Below the pieces are notes generated by a model that was not told the DNA's origin, did not search any database, and worked only from the letters and a program-made list of their open reading frames with translations. A program made the translations under genes and the position numbers. This document shows positions 10,274 to 21,639 of a stretch of 64,000 bases of DNA, in pieces (position 1 is the first letter of the stretch; every line of letters begins with the position of its first letter). The stretch is from NCBI GenBank assembly GCA_963702475.1, contig CAVPCT010000001.1, positions 64,001 through 128,000 of the forward strand. Direction: 5' to 3'. Source of the stretch: an uncultured Thermoleophilia bacterium (GTDB lineage Bacteria > Actinomycetota > Thermoleophilia > UBA2241).

Positions 10274-10612
10274 ATGGACGTGGTCAAGACCTTCGCCATC
10301 TACATCGTCGCGGCGATCGGCGAGCTGGGAGGTACATACTGCTACTGGCGGTGGCTCAAGGGTCACGGCCCGTGGGGTCTGGCGATCCTCGGCATCGCCG
10401 CGCTGGTCGGCTACGCGGTGATCCAGACATACCAGCCCGAGGTCAAGTACGGGCGCGTGTACGCCGCCTACGCCGGCGTGTTCCTCGTGGGGGCCATGCT
10501 CTGGGGCTGGCTGCTCGACGGCGCCACGCCGGACCGCTTCGATGTGACAGGCGCGGTGGTCGCTATGGCGGGCATCGTCATCGTGCTGTACGGCCGGGTC
10601 ATCTTCGCCTGA
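10274..10612 (+). CDS. YnfA/UPF0060 family small membrane protein
   Basis: AAIGELGG, YGRVYAAYAGVF and PDRFD motifs; RBS AAGGAG. Confidence 0.88.
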   Translation: MDVVKTFAIYIVAAIGELGGTYCYWRWLKGHGPWGLAILGIAALVGYAVIQTYQPEVKYGRVYAAYAGVFLVGAMLWGWLLDGATPDRFDVTGAVVAMAGIVIVLYGRVIFA

Positions 10613-10680
10613 CGCCTCCGGGCGGGCGCCGGCCGCTCACGACCGGCAGGTGAGCGGCGCCCGAGGGTGAACTCTGACGG

Positions 10681-11493
10681 GTGGCCCAGAGCACCCCCGA
10701 CGCACCGCCCAGGCACAAGCAGCAGCCCCAGCTCAGCAACGCCTACGAGCTGTTCATCCTGTTGCTCACCTTCCTGTCGCTGGCGGACATGGTGCTGCTC
10801 GTCCTGCCCCGCATCTCGTCTGAGACCGAGCAGCTGCTGCAGACGTACGACCTCATCTTCTGCCTCGTGTTCCTGTGCGACTTCGGCCTGCGCCTGAAGC
10901 GTGCCCCGTCGCGCCGTCGCTACTTCCTCCGTCAGGGTGGCATCTTCGACCTGCTGGGGTCGGTGCCCAGTCTGGGGTTCTTCAGGTTCACCGCCCTGTT
11001 CCGCCTGGCCCGGATCAGCCGCGTCGTCCGGGCCATCCGCATGCTCAAGCAGCAGAAGAAGGAAGGGCTGTGGAAGGACGTGCTGGCCAACCGCGGGCGG
11101 TACGCCGGCTTCATCACCATCGTCCTGGCTGCCACCGTGCTCGGCGTGTCCAGCGTGCTCGTGCTCCAGAGCGAGAGCAGGGTGGCCGCGGCCAACATCA
11201 CCACCGGGGGCGACGCCGTGTGGTGGGCGATCGTCACGATCACCACCGTGGGCTACGGCGACCAGTACCCCGTGACCGCGATGGGGCGCGTCGTCGGCGT
11301 CTTCGTGATGTTCGCCGGCGTGGGCATCATCGGTGCGCTGGCCAGCATCCTGGCCAGCGTGCTCATCCCGCAGCCCAGCCGGGCGGTCGACCCCTCGTCG
11401 GAGCTGCGACAGGTCAAGGCCGAGCTGGCGGCGGTCCGCGGCGAGCTCGCCGCCCTCAACCGGAGGCTGGCGCCGGACGAGGTGCGCGAGTAG
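10681..11493 (+). CDS. 6-TM potassium channel (ion transporter)
   Basis: TTVGYGD selectivity filter; S4-like [13 protein letters not shown]; C-terminal coiled coil. Confidence 0.9.
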   Translation: MAQSTPDAPPRHKQQPQLSNAYELFILLLTFLSLADMVLLVLPRISSETEQLLQTYDLIFCLVFLCDFGLRLKRAPSRRRYFLRQGGIFDLLGSVPSLGFFRFTALFRLARISRVVRAIRMLKQQKKEGLWKDVLANRGRYAGFITIVLAATVLGVSSVLVLQSESRVAAANITTGGDAVWWAIVTITTVGYGDQYPVTAMGRVVGVFVMFAGVGIIGALASILASVLIPQPSRAVDPSSELRQVKAELAAVRGELAALNRRLAPDEVRE

Positions 11494-11505
11494 GGGCGCA
11501 CCGGT

Positions 11506-11549
11506 CCCGCCGGCGCCCGCGCACCAGCCCGCCGGCGCCCGCGCACCAG
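11506..11549. repeat. perfect 22-bp tandem duplication (CCCGCCGGCGCCCGCGCACCAG x2)
   Basis: Read directly: 11506-11527 equals 11528-11549. Confidence 0.9.
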
Positions 11550-11606
11550 CCAGCGGGAAACCGTATGCTTCGCGGGCCGGTGCTGTTCGGCGTCTCCTGG
11601 AGTCCC

Positions 11607-12995
11607 GTGTCCCGACGCGTCTCATACGCCTGGTGGGTGCTCGCCGCCTCCTTCACGATCCTGTTCCTGAACAGCGGCGCCCGCCTGATGATCGGCGTGA
11701 TGGTCAAGCCCATCATCGCCGACTTCGGGTGGAGCCGCGCCCAGGTCTCGGCCGCTGTGTTCGTCAACATGGTGGTGTTCTCCGTGTCGATCCTCGTCGC
11801 CGGCCGCCTCCTCGACCGCTACGGCCCGCGCTGGACCGTCCTCGTCTCCGGCGTGGTGTTCTCGGGGGGACTGCTCCTGATGACGGGCATGACCACGCTG
11901 TGGCAGTTCATCCTGTTCTACGGCGTGGTCTCCGCCGCCGGGCTGGGCGGGCTCACCAGCGCCCTGTTCGGCGCACTGCTGGCGAAGTGGTTCGAGCGGC
12001 GCCGGGGTACGGCGATCAGTCTGGCGATCGCCGGCAACTCCCTCGGGCAGTTCGCCCTGGTGCCGCTGTTCAGCAGCCTGCTGCTCGCCGACGGGTGGCG
12101 CGCCACGATGGTGGTCGTGGGCCTGCTGTGCCTCGTCGTCAACGTCCTGCTCGCCTGGTTCGTCCTGCGCGGCGACCCCGAGGCGCTCGGCAAGACGCCC
12201 TACGGGCACGTCGAGCCGGGCGCGGGACCCGTGGCCGCGGGATCCACAGGGACGGCGGCCACGGCAGACCACCGGACTGCGTCCGCCGCCTCGCCGCTTC
12301 GGCTCGAGCCGCGCTCGCTGAACCTCCGCGAGGCCATGCGCACGTGGTCGTTCTGGCTCTTCACGGGGGCCATGTTCGTGTGCGGCGCCGGCGACTTCCT
12401 GCTCACCACCCACCTCGTCGCCATGGCCACCGACCACGGCGTGCCGACGACCACGGCCGTGTCGATGCTGGCCTGGTTCGGCCTGCTCAGCCTGGGCGGC
12501 GTGCTGCTCGCCGGGCCCATGTCCGACGCTGTCGGCGACAAGATCCCCATCGCCGGCGCCTTCGCCCTGCGCGTCGTCCTCTTCCTGCTGGTGTTCTGGT
12601 CGCAGTCGGTGGTGTCGTTCTGGGCCCTGGCCCTGGGGTTCGGCTTCACCTTCCTCATCACGGCGCCGCTCACCACCACGCTCATGGGGAGGATGTACGG
12701 CTTCGCCAGCATCGGCGTGCTGAGCGGGTTCATCACCACCGTGCACCACATCGGCGGCGGCTTCTGGGCCTACATGGGCGGCGTGGTCTTCGACGCCACC
12801 GGCAGCTACACGGTCGCGATGCTGGTCTCGGCGATCGCCTCCGGCGGCGCCCTGGTCTGCGCGCTCCTCATCAGGGAGGTGCGGCACGTGGCGCCGGACG
12901 ACCCTGCGGGCGCCGGCGCCGAGACGCACCCCGACTGGCGCCTGGGCCGCGTCCTGCGGGACGGCCCTGCGGCGGTCCCACGGGCCGAGCCCTGA
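11607..12995 (+). CDS. MFS transporter (OFA-like)
   Basis: FGWSRAQVS, GRLLDRYGPR and KWFERRRGTA motifs; 12 TM segments; start uncertain (11565 or 11607). Confidence 0.85.
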   Translation: MSRRVSYAWWVLAASFTILFLNSGARLMIGVMVKPIIADFGWSRAQVSAAVFVNMVVFSVSILVAGRLLDRYGPRWTVLVSGVVFSGGLLLMTGMTTLWQFILFYGVVSAAGLGGLTSALFGALLAKWFERRRGTAISLAIAGNSLGQFALVPLFSSLLLADGWRATMVVVGLLCLVVNVLLAWFVLRGDPEALGKTPYGHVEPGAGPVAAGSTGTAATADHRTASAASPLRLEPRSLNLREAMRTWSFWLFTGAMFVCGAGDFLLTTHLVAMATDHGVPTTTAVSMLAWFGLLSLGGVLLAGPMSDAVGDKIPIAGAFALRVVLFLLVFWSQSVVSFWALALGFGFTFLITAPLTTTLMGRMYGFASIGVLSGFITTVHHIGGGFWAYMGGVVFDATGSYTVAMLVSAIASGGALVCALLIREVRHVAPDDPAGAGAETHPDWRLGRVLRDGPAAVPRAEP

Positions 12996-13212
12996 GTCCG
13001 GACCGGCCGCGGAGTCTACCGTGCCGGGGCGGGTGGCCGCCGGTGCGCCGCGGTCACGCTCGGAGCCTTCGGGCGAAGCTGCAGAAGCCATCGCCCGCTC
13101 ACCTCTGCGTGTCCATGTGACGATACTGGTACTGAACGTCCGGGGCGGTCACGGCCGGCGATGGCCGGAGGGTGGCGCTCCCGGGTATCCGGCCGACCGA
13201 GGAGACTTGGAC

Positions 13213-14376
13213 ATGCAGCAGCGCGTGAGACACCATACAGGAGCCGGGAGCGGTGCCGCGGCCGTCGCAGTCGTTCTCGCCGTAGTCGCGATGCTGCTGA
13301 CCGTCGCCGGCGCCGCGCTCGCGAGCGCCGGCGCGACGCAGTCGGTGCTGACGCTGCGCACGGACGGCGACCACGACGGGCTGTGGCTGCTGCCGCCGGG
13401 CGGCGGCGAGGCCACCGCGGCCGGCGTGCTGCCCGGCGTCGCCGGGCAGGTGGCCGTCTCCCCCGACGGGGCCACCGCCGCGTACCTGCCTGCCCTGGGC
13501 AAGCCGTTCGTGTGGATCGGCCACGGGCCTCTGGCCCCCAAGACGATCTCGCTGCAGGCGGCGGGCATCAAGACCGTCACGAGCATGACCTGGGTCTCCG
13601 ACGACGAGCTGCTGGTCTCGGGATCGAAGAAGGCGAACGACGGAGGCGGCTACAACGACCGTCTCTACACCGTGGACGTGAAGAGCGGCGCCGTCGCCCC
13701 CTTCCGCAACCTCGCCGGGACCCAGCCCAGCGCCGCCTCGGACACCGGCCAGATCGTCTACGTGCAGTTCAAGAAGCTCGACAACGGGAGCGTGAAGAAC
13801 GATCACACGCCGAGGTACCGCGAGAGCCTCAAGCTGACCGCGCTGACGGGGAGCGGCTCCGGGCGGACGCTCGGCTCCCGTGAGTACCGGCCGCTGGCCT
13901 ACTACCGCGCCTGGGCGGCGCCGCAGCTCGCCCCCGGTGGCAGGTGGATCATCGCCGGCGAGCTCGGCAGCGACGTGCGCGTCACCTACACCATCTCCTA
14001 CGTCGACCCGGACTACTGGACGCCGTGGCTGACGACGCTCCAGCCCACGCCCATGGCGATGGCGTGGTCTCCCGACGGCCAGAGGGTGGCGTTCGGCGGG
14101 GCGGTCACCGGCCTCGATTCGAGTACCACCTGCGTCTACGTCGCCGACGTCGCCGCAGGGATGTTGCTGCGCACCGGTCCGGAGCTCATCAACAAGGCAG
14201 CCGCCTTCTGGGCGATGGACATCGCCTGGTCCGACGGCGACCGGTTCGTGGTCGACGCGGTGGACCAGAGCGCGAGCACCGTCGACGACGAGCTCCGCGT
14301 GCTCGTGATCGACGCGAGCGACCTGGGCAAGCTCACAGATCTCGGCAGCGGGCACCTCTCCGTGTGGGTGCTGTGA
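13213..14376 (+). CDS. secreted TolB/WD40-like beta-propeller protein
   Basis: N-terminal signal peptide; VSPDG, WSPDG and WSDGD blade motifs. Confidence 0.65.
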   Translation: MQQRVRHHTGAGSGAAAVAVVLAVVAMLLTVAGAALASAGATQSVLTLRTDGDHDGLWLLPPGGGEATAAGVLPGVAGQVAVSPDGATAAYLPALGKPFVWIGHGPLAPKTISLQAAGIKTVTSMTWVSDDELLVSGSKKANDGGGYNDRLYTVDVKSGAVAPFRNLAGTQPSAASDTGQIVYVQFKKLDNGSVKNDHTPRYRESLKLTALTGSGSGRTLGSREYRPLAYYRAWAAPQLAPGGRWIIAGELGSDVRVTYTISYVDPDYWTPWLTTLQPTPMAMAWSPDGQRVAFGGAVTGLDSSTTCVYVADVAAGMLLRTGPELINKAAAFWAMDIAWSDGDRFVVDAVDQSASTVDDELRVLVIDASDLGKLTDLGSGHLSVWVL

Positions 14377-14385
14377 GCGGGCGGT

Positions 14386-15219
14386 CTACGCCGACAGCAG
14401 CACGATACCGGCGAACACGGCGAGGTAGCCCGCCCACTGGTGCGGGGCCAGCCGCTCGCCCAAAAGGGCGTGGGCGTACGCGGTGACCACGACCGGCGAC
14501 AGCGACCCCAGGATGGCGACCACGCTCAGGTAGCCGATGCCGGTGGCCAGCGTGAAGAGGATGTTGGCCACCGTGAGCAGCCCGCCGATCGCGACCATGG
14601 CGGGCAGGTTCTGCCCGCGCAACCGCACCCCACGCCGGGTGACGACGAGGAAGACGAGCACGACGCAGATCGACGTGAGGCGCACGTCGAACACGGCCCA
14701 GTACGGGTGGTCCTTGCCGCTCGTGCCCAGGGCCAGCAGCATGAACCCCCAGCAGCCGGTGGCGAGCACGGCCAGGAGGACGGCCGACCTGTGGGCGTGG
14801 TCCCTGGCGCTGCGCTTCGCCCAGGCCACGAGCACCACGCCGCCTATCGTGCAGACCATGCCGAGGTACGCGGTCAGGCCGGGCCGCTCACCGGTCAGCA
14901 GGCCGTACGTGACCGGCACCAGCACGTTGGCGGCGATGATCGGCGAGACCACGCTCATGGTGCCGATGGCCAGGGCACGGTAGAAGGCGACGATCCCCAC
15001 GGTGGTGGCCACGCCGGCGAGCAGCAGGATCAGCGTGTCGGCGAGGCCGGGAGGGCTCTGGCGGGCGATCAGCACGGCTGCACCGGCCACGATCGCCGCG
15101 AACAGCTGGCTCAGGGCCGTCACCTGCCACACCGAGCGGCGCCGGCTCTCGATGCCTGCAAGGTAGTTCGACGAGCCCCAGGTGAAGCTCGCGGCCAGGG
15201 CGAGAAGGGCGGCGAGCAC
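14386..15219 (-). CDS. EamA/DMT family transporter
   Basis: FYRALAIGTMSVVSPI and LLGERL motifs; about 10 TM segments. Confidence 0.85.
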   Translation of the reverse strand: MLAALLALAASFTWGSSNYLAGIESRRRSVWQVTALSQLFAAIVAGAAVLIARQSPPGLADTLILLLAGVATTVGIVAFYRALAIGTMSVVSPIIAANVLVPVTYGLLTGERPGLTAYLGMVCTIGGVVLVAWAKRSARDHAHRSAVLLAVLATGCWGFMLLALGTSGKDHPYWAVFDVRLTSICVVLVFLVVTRRGVRLRGQNLPAMVAIGGLLTVANILFTLATGIGYLSVVAILGSLSPVVVTAYAHALLGERLAPHQWAGYLAVFAGIVLLSA

Positions 15220-15332
15220 GGTCAGGGGCGGGGGTGGCGGGACATCGCGTCTGCAAGCCTACCGGAAGCACGGGCCACGCTGCGCCGGGGGATGTAGGCT
15301 ACGACAAACGTCCTGCGGGTGAGGGAGGAGCC

Positions 15333-15653
15333 ATGCCGAAGTTCCTGTTCGTCGCCACGTACAGCGCGGAGGGTATGAGAGGCCTGTTGCGGGAGGGCGG
15401 CAGCGAGCGGCGCAAGATGATCGCCGACATCGCCGGCAACCTCGGCGGCGAGCTCGAGTCCTTCTACTACGCGTTCGGCTCCGACGACGTGTACAGCATC
15501 GTCGACCTGCCCGACAACACGACCGCCGCGGCGATGGCCATGCACATCTCCGCCGGGGGCATGGTCAAGACCAGGGTGACGGTGCTGCTCACCCCGGAGG
15601 ACGTCGACCAGTCCGCGCGGACCAAGATGTACTTCCGGCCGCCGGGGGCCTGA
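15333..15653 (+). CDS. GYD domain protein
   Basis: MPKFLFVATYS...GGELESFYYAFGSDD; RBS GGAGGAG. Confidence 0.85.
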   Translation: MPKFLFVATYSAEGMRGLLREGGSERRKMIADIAGNLGGELESFYYAFGSDDVYSIVDLPDNTTAAAMAMHISAGGMVKTRVTVLLTPEDVDQSARTKMYFRPPGA

Positions 15654-15668
15654 CACGAGAGGAACGGC

Positions 15669-17079
<1,411 letters not shown>

Positions 17080-17102
<23 letters not shown>

Positions 17103-19578
17103 GATCCGGCACCTCCTGACGGGCGCCGGTCTCCCAGAAGCCCGTCCACGGGTCGGCGCGGCCGCGGGTCGCCCGCCGCGCCACGCGTTCCAGCGTCCAG
17201 ACGCCTCCGCCGGAGGTCCGCGTCAGCACGTTCCAGCCGATGGGCAGGGCGACCGGGGCGCCGGGCCGGGCGCGTAGCGAGTACGGCGCGGCAGACGTCG
17301 CCCCGCGCCCGTTGCGGAAGTGGTCGATGAACACCTTGCCGCCGCGCCCGGCCTTCGCCATGGTCGCGGTGTACCTGTCCGGCTCGCGCTCGACGAGTGC
17401 CTCGACCACCTCGCGCGTCCACGCGCCCACGCGCGGCCAGGACGGGCCGGGGCGGACCGGGACCACAACGTGCAGCCCCTTGCCGCCGGACGTCTTCAGG
17501 TAGCTCGTCAGGCCGCGACGCGCGAGCTCGTCGCGCAGGGTGCGCGCCGCCTCCCGCACCCGAAGCCACGGGACGTCCGGCCCGGGGTCCAGGTCGAAGA
17601 CCAGGACGTCGGGGCGCTCCAGCGTCTCCGTCCGCGAACCCCACACGTGGAACTCGATCACCCCGTTCTGCACCAGGGCGAGGAGCGCTTCGGGGGTGTC
17701 GACCACGGGGTAGACGATCAGTTTGCCGTCGGCGCCCCGCACGGTGACCCGCGACACGTTGCGTGGCACCGACGGGGTCACGTGTTTCTGGAAGAAGCAG
17801 CCCTCGGTCACGCCATCCGGGCAGCGGATCAGCGTGAGCGGGCGCCGGGCCAGGTAGGGCACCATGAGCTCGGCGACGGTGTCGTAATACCGCGCCACAT
17901 CGAGCTTCGTGAGTCCCGCGTCGGGGAAGACCGGGCGCTCCGGGTGCGTGATCCCGACGCCGCGGATCTCGGCATCGCCGCCGCGGCCTCCCGTTCGCGT
18001 GAGCCGGCCCCCCGCCCGTCGCCCGTCGCCGGCAGTCGCCGGCTCTTCCCTCACGACCTCGCTCGCCGCCTTGTCCTCGCGCAGCCCCCGGAACACCGGC
18101 TGCCTCAGCCGCCCGTCGGCGGTCCACTCCGTGAACGAGACCTCGGCGACGAGCTCCGGCTCCACCCAATGCACGCCGCGGGCGTCCGCGCCCCGGGGCG
18201 CATCGACGAAGGGCGGGTCGGCGCGCTCCAGAGCGGCCAGGCGCCCGGCCAGCCGCCGCAGCGTCGCGTCGTCGAAGCCCGACCCGACGCGACCCGCGAA
18301 GCGCAGCGCCCGGCCGTCGTACACGCCCAGCAGCAGCGCGCCGAAGCCGGCGCGTGACCCGGAAGGCTCGGTGAAGCCGCCGATCACGAGTTCCTGGCGG
18401 CGTCCGCACTTGATCTTCTGCCAGGAGGTGCTGCGCCGTCCGGCGTAGCGGTCGCCGGCGCGCTTGGAGACCACGCCCTCGAGGCCGCGACGGCAGGCCT
18501 CCTCGACCACCTCCGCGCCGCCGCCTTCGATGTGGTCGCCGAAGCGCACGACGCCTCCGGGCGGCCGTCGGCGACCGTCCAGCAGTCGCTGCAGACGCGC
18601 CTTGCGCTCGCGCAGCGGCAGCTCCCTGAGGTCATCGCCGTCTTCGAAGAGGAGGTCGAAGACGACGTAGGTGAGGCGCGATGAGGAGGCCGCAGAAGAC
18701 TGCTGCAGGGCGTGGAAGTCGCTGACGCCCCGCCCGTCGAAGACGACCACCTCGCCGTCCAGCCACGTCCCGCCGAGACCGAGCTCCGCTACGGCCTCGG
18801 CGACGGGCGCGAACCGCTCGGTCCAGTCCTTGCCGGTGCGTGACTGCAGGCGCACGTCGCCACCGTCCACGCGTGCCGCGATGCGGTAGCCGTCGTACTT
18901 GACCTCGTGGAGCCAGTCGTCGCCGTCCGGCGGCTCGCGGACGAGGGTCGCGGCGGCGAGCGCTACGGTGGCCGGCAGGGCGGTCGCGGCGCCGTCGGCT
19001 ATCTCCGCCATGGTCCGTCCGCTGGCCACGCTGCGGTCGTCAGGCCCCCAGGGATCCGCCGCGCCGGGACGCGCCTCGTCGTCGCGCTCCTTGATGAGCA
19101 GCCACTGGCGAGCCCGGTCCGGCTCGTCACCAGGGCGCCCGGTGCGCACCAGCACCCAGCCGCCGCGCAGCCGCTTACCGGAGAGGCGGACTTTCAGCTC
19201 GCCCTTCTCCAGCCCCTGGCGCGGCTCCCCCACCGGCTCCCAGGAGCCGGTGTCCCACAGCATGACGGTGCCGCCGCCGTACTCGCCTCGCGGGATCGTG
19301 CCTTCGAAGGTGCCGTACTCGAGCGGGTGGTCCTCGACCTCCACGGCCAGGCGGCGGACTCGGGGATCGTAGCTCGGGCCCTTGGGGACCGCCCAGCTCT
19401 TGAGCGCGCCGTCGAGCTCCAGTCTGAAGTCCCAGTGCACCTGCCGCGCGGCGTGCTTCTGCACGCAGAGCAGGCCGCCCTTCTCGGCGGCGCGCCGCCG
19501 CGACCCTGCGGCCCCTTGCGGTTCGTCCGTCTTCGTGAAGTCGCGCTTGCGGCGGTACTCGCGCAGGCCGGCCATCAC
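17080..19578 (-). CDS. ligD: NHEJ DNA ligase D (phosphoesterase-ligase-polymerase)
   Basis: YRRKRDF/QKHAA/WAVPKGPS phosphoesterase domain; EVKYDGYR ligase motif I; FFQKH, FDLDP and TSGGKGLH polymerase domain. Confidence 0.95.
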
Positions 19579-19640
19579 GTCACCTCCGCCTTCCGGAGGC
19601 CGCGACGCGGGCGGTGAAGCCTCGCGGCCCGGCTGGGCCG

Positions 19641-20462
19641 TCAGCTCGCCCTTCGTTTGCGGCCCTTCGCCTTGCGCTCCCGGGCCTGGCCCACGCTCTT
19701 CTTGAGCAGCTCCATCATGTCGATGACCTCGGCCTCCGCCCCGGCCGGCTCCGCCGCGCGCTCCGGGGAGCGGCCGGTGCGCGCCTTCTCCCCAATGAGG
19801 GCGAGCAGGTCGTCACGGTAGTCGTCGTGGAACTCCTCCGGCCGCCACGGCCCGTCCAGCGCGGCCACGAGCTGTTCCGCCAGCTCGAGCTCCTTGGACC
19901 TGATCTCGGGGGCCTCGAGCGCGGCGCCGGTCTCGAGCGCGTCGATCGTCTTGATCTCGTGGGCGAAGTGCAGCAGCTCCAGCAGGATGACGCGCTCGTC
20001 CGCGAGCAGGGCCGCCAGATGCTGCCTGCCGTGCATCACGATCGTCGCCACGGCGGCGCGTCCGGTGCGCTGCAGCACCTCGCGCAGGATGTGGTACGGC
20101 TTGACGCCGGTCTTCGTCGGCACCACGTACAGCGGTCTGTCGAAGTACTCGGGCGGGATGATCTCGCGCGGCACGGCCAGGGCGATGTCGATGGTCTCGC
20201 TGGCCTTGACGTTGGCGCGGGTGAAGTCGTCTGGCTCCAGGACGACGAAGGCCCCCTCCTCGTACTCGTAGCCCCTGACCACGTCCTCCCACGGGACCTC
20301 CCGTCCGCTCTTCTCGCTCACGCGCTTCTCGCGGACCACGGAGTTGTCGCGGCGGTCGAGCTGGCGGAAGCGGAGCTCGTCGCGGCGCGTGGCCGAGTAG
20401 AGCTGGACGGGGATCGTCACCAGTCCGAAGCTGATCGCGCCTTTCCAGAGTGGCCGGGCCAT
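19641..20462 (-). CDS. ku: NHEJ Ku protein
   Basis: MARPLWKGAISFGLVTIPV; immediately upstream of ligD. Confidence 0.95.
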   Translation of the reverse strand: MARPLWKGAISFGLVTIPVQLYSATRRDELRFRQLDRRDNSVVREKRVSEKSGREVPWEDVVRGYEYEEGAFVVLEPDDFTRANVKASETIDIALAVPREIIPPEYFDRPLYVVPTKTGVKPYHILREVLQRTGRAAVATIVMHGRQHLAALLADERVILLELLHFAHEIKTIDALETGAALEAPEIRSKELELAEQLVAALDGPWRPEEFHDDYRDDLLALIGEKARTGRSPERAAEPAGAEAEVIDMMELLKKSVGQARERKAKGRKRRAS

Positions 20463-20574
20463 GAGAGACAGGTGCCCGCGGCACGGCCGCTGCTAACACG
20501 GGTGTCGCGGGGCGGCCCTTCCGGTCGCCCCGCAGCACCTGCCGGGCAGTCGGTCCGCAGCCCCGCCCGGCGCG

Positions 20575-20772
20575 TCAGTACGTGCGCCGCAGGTTCTTGT
20601 CCGGGAGTACCAGCACGACGATCAGGGTGATGAAGAAGAAGAAGAACCCCAGGATCCCGAACAGGACTGGGCTGTAGCCCTTGCGCATGGCCAGCGTGGC
20701 GCACAGCCAGGCGCAGAGGATGTCGACGATGAGCCAGATGACGTAGTACCACCACGCGATCTCGACCGGCAT
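20575..20772 (-). CDS. small 2-TM membrane protein
   Basis: RBS GAGGAGG; TM-AxRKGYS-TM-LP pattern. Confidence 0.7.
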   Translation of the reverse strand: MPVEIAWWYYVIWLIVDILCAWLCATLAMRKGYSPVLFGILGFFFFFITLIVVLVLPDKNLRRTY

Positions 20773-20871
20773 GGCGCCTCCTCAGCAGTTGACGCCGACG
20801 ACCTTCTGCCCGCGGCTCCGGAGTCCTGCCCGCGTTGCCGGCGCCCTCGCCCCTTGGTCCGTCCCGTGCCC

Positions 20872-21408
20872 TCAGCCGGCGAGCAGCTCCAGCACCAGCT
20901 CGCGGAACCTGTCGAGGGAGGCCGGTACGATCTCGACCGGCGTCTGCGTGAAGTCGAAGAGCTCCAGCACGGCGATGTCGTCGATGGGCTCGAGGCCGAA
21001 ATCCAGCACCACGATGACATCGTACCTGCCGAAGTTGATACGCCCGTCGATCTCGTCCCAGCCGAGCGTGTCGACGTAGACCGCGCGCCAGTCGCGCAGG
21101 AGCGTGGGGGTGATGATGAAGGCGCGGTCGCCGAAGGCAGCCCGCTCCTCGGGCGAGAGGAAGGCCTCCACGCAGTTCCGCACGGACAGCCTGCGGCCGC
21201 CGTGCCGTGCCAGCAGCGCATCGATATCGGGAGAGCAGGCCCCGTACAGGCAGGCGGTGCCGGACTCTCCGTCCAGCGCCTCGGACAGGGCCTCGTCCAG
21301 CCCGCCGGGCACGACATCGAGCCGGCTCGGCAGCCACTCCACCTCGAGGGTGTCGTCGAGCACGTGCTCGAGCTCCGCGCGAAAGACGCTGCAGCCGATG
21401 ATCTTCAC
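20872..21408 (-). CDS. DUF1638 domain protein
   Basis: IIGCSVFRAEL, LYGACS and NCVEAFL motifs; GTG start after AAAGGAG. Confidence 0.75.
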   Translation of the reverse strand: MKIIGCSVFRAELEHVLDDTLEVEWLPSRLDVVPGGLDEALSEALDGESGTACLYGACSPDIDALLARHGGRRLSVRNCVEAFLSPEERAAFGDRAFIITPTLLRDWRAVYVDTLGWDEIDGRINFGRYDVIVVLDFGLEPIDDIAVLELFDFTQTPVEIVPASLDRFRELVLELLAG

Positions 21409-21465
21409 GGGCTCTCCTTTTTCTTGGCCGGCCCGACGGCGGCCGACGGTCACAGTCTGGCAGTG

Positions 21466-21479
21466 TACCCCATAGGGTA
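21466..21479. promoter_or_regulatory. CsoR/RcnR-type operator-like palindrome TACCC-N4-GGGTA
   Basis: TACCCCATAGGGTA in the divergent promoter region between the DUF1638 and acyl-CoA synthetase genes. Confidence 0.4.
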
Positions 21480-21570
21480 TGCATGTCGGCACCGCGGCGA
21501 GTGCCGCCCTCAGCGGCGCCGCGGCCGCATGCCGACGGTGGGACACTGCAGAGGGACCCGCGGCGGAGCG

Positions 21571-21598
21571 TTGACACGGCGCCCCCCCCGTGGACAAT
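21571..21598 (+). promoter_or_regulatory. sigma-70-type promoter candidate (TTGACA-N16-GACAAT)
   Basis: Perfect -35 and near-consensus -10 about 40 bp upstream of the acyl-CoA synthetase start. Confidence 0.5.
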
Positions 21599-21639
21599 GG
21601 CGCACACCGGCAGGGAGATGCGGACGAGGAGGGACGGAC

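Noticed and set aside
11506-11549. CRISPR-like repeat
   Set aside because: Two directly adjacent copies with no spacer and no cas genes.
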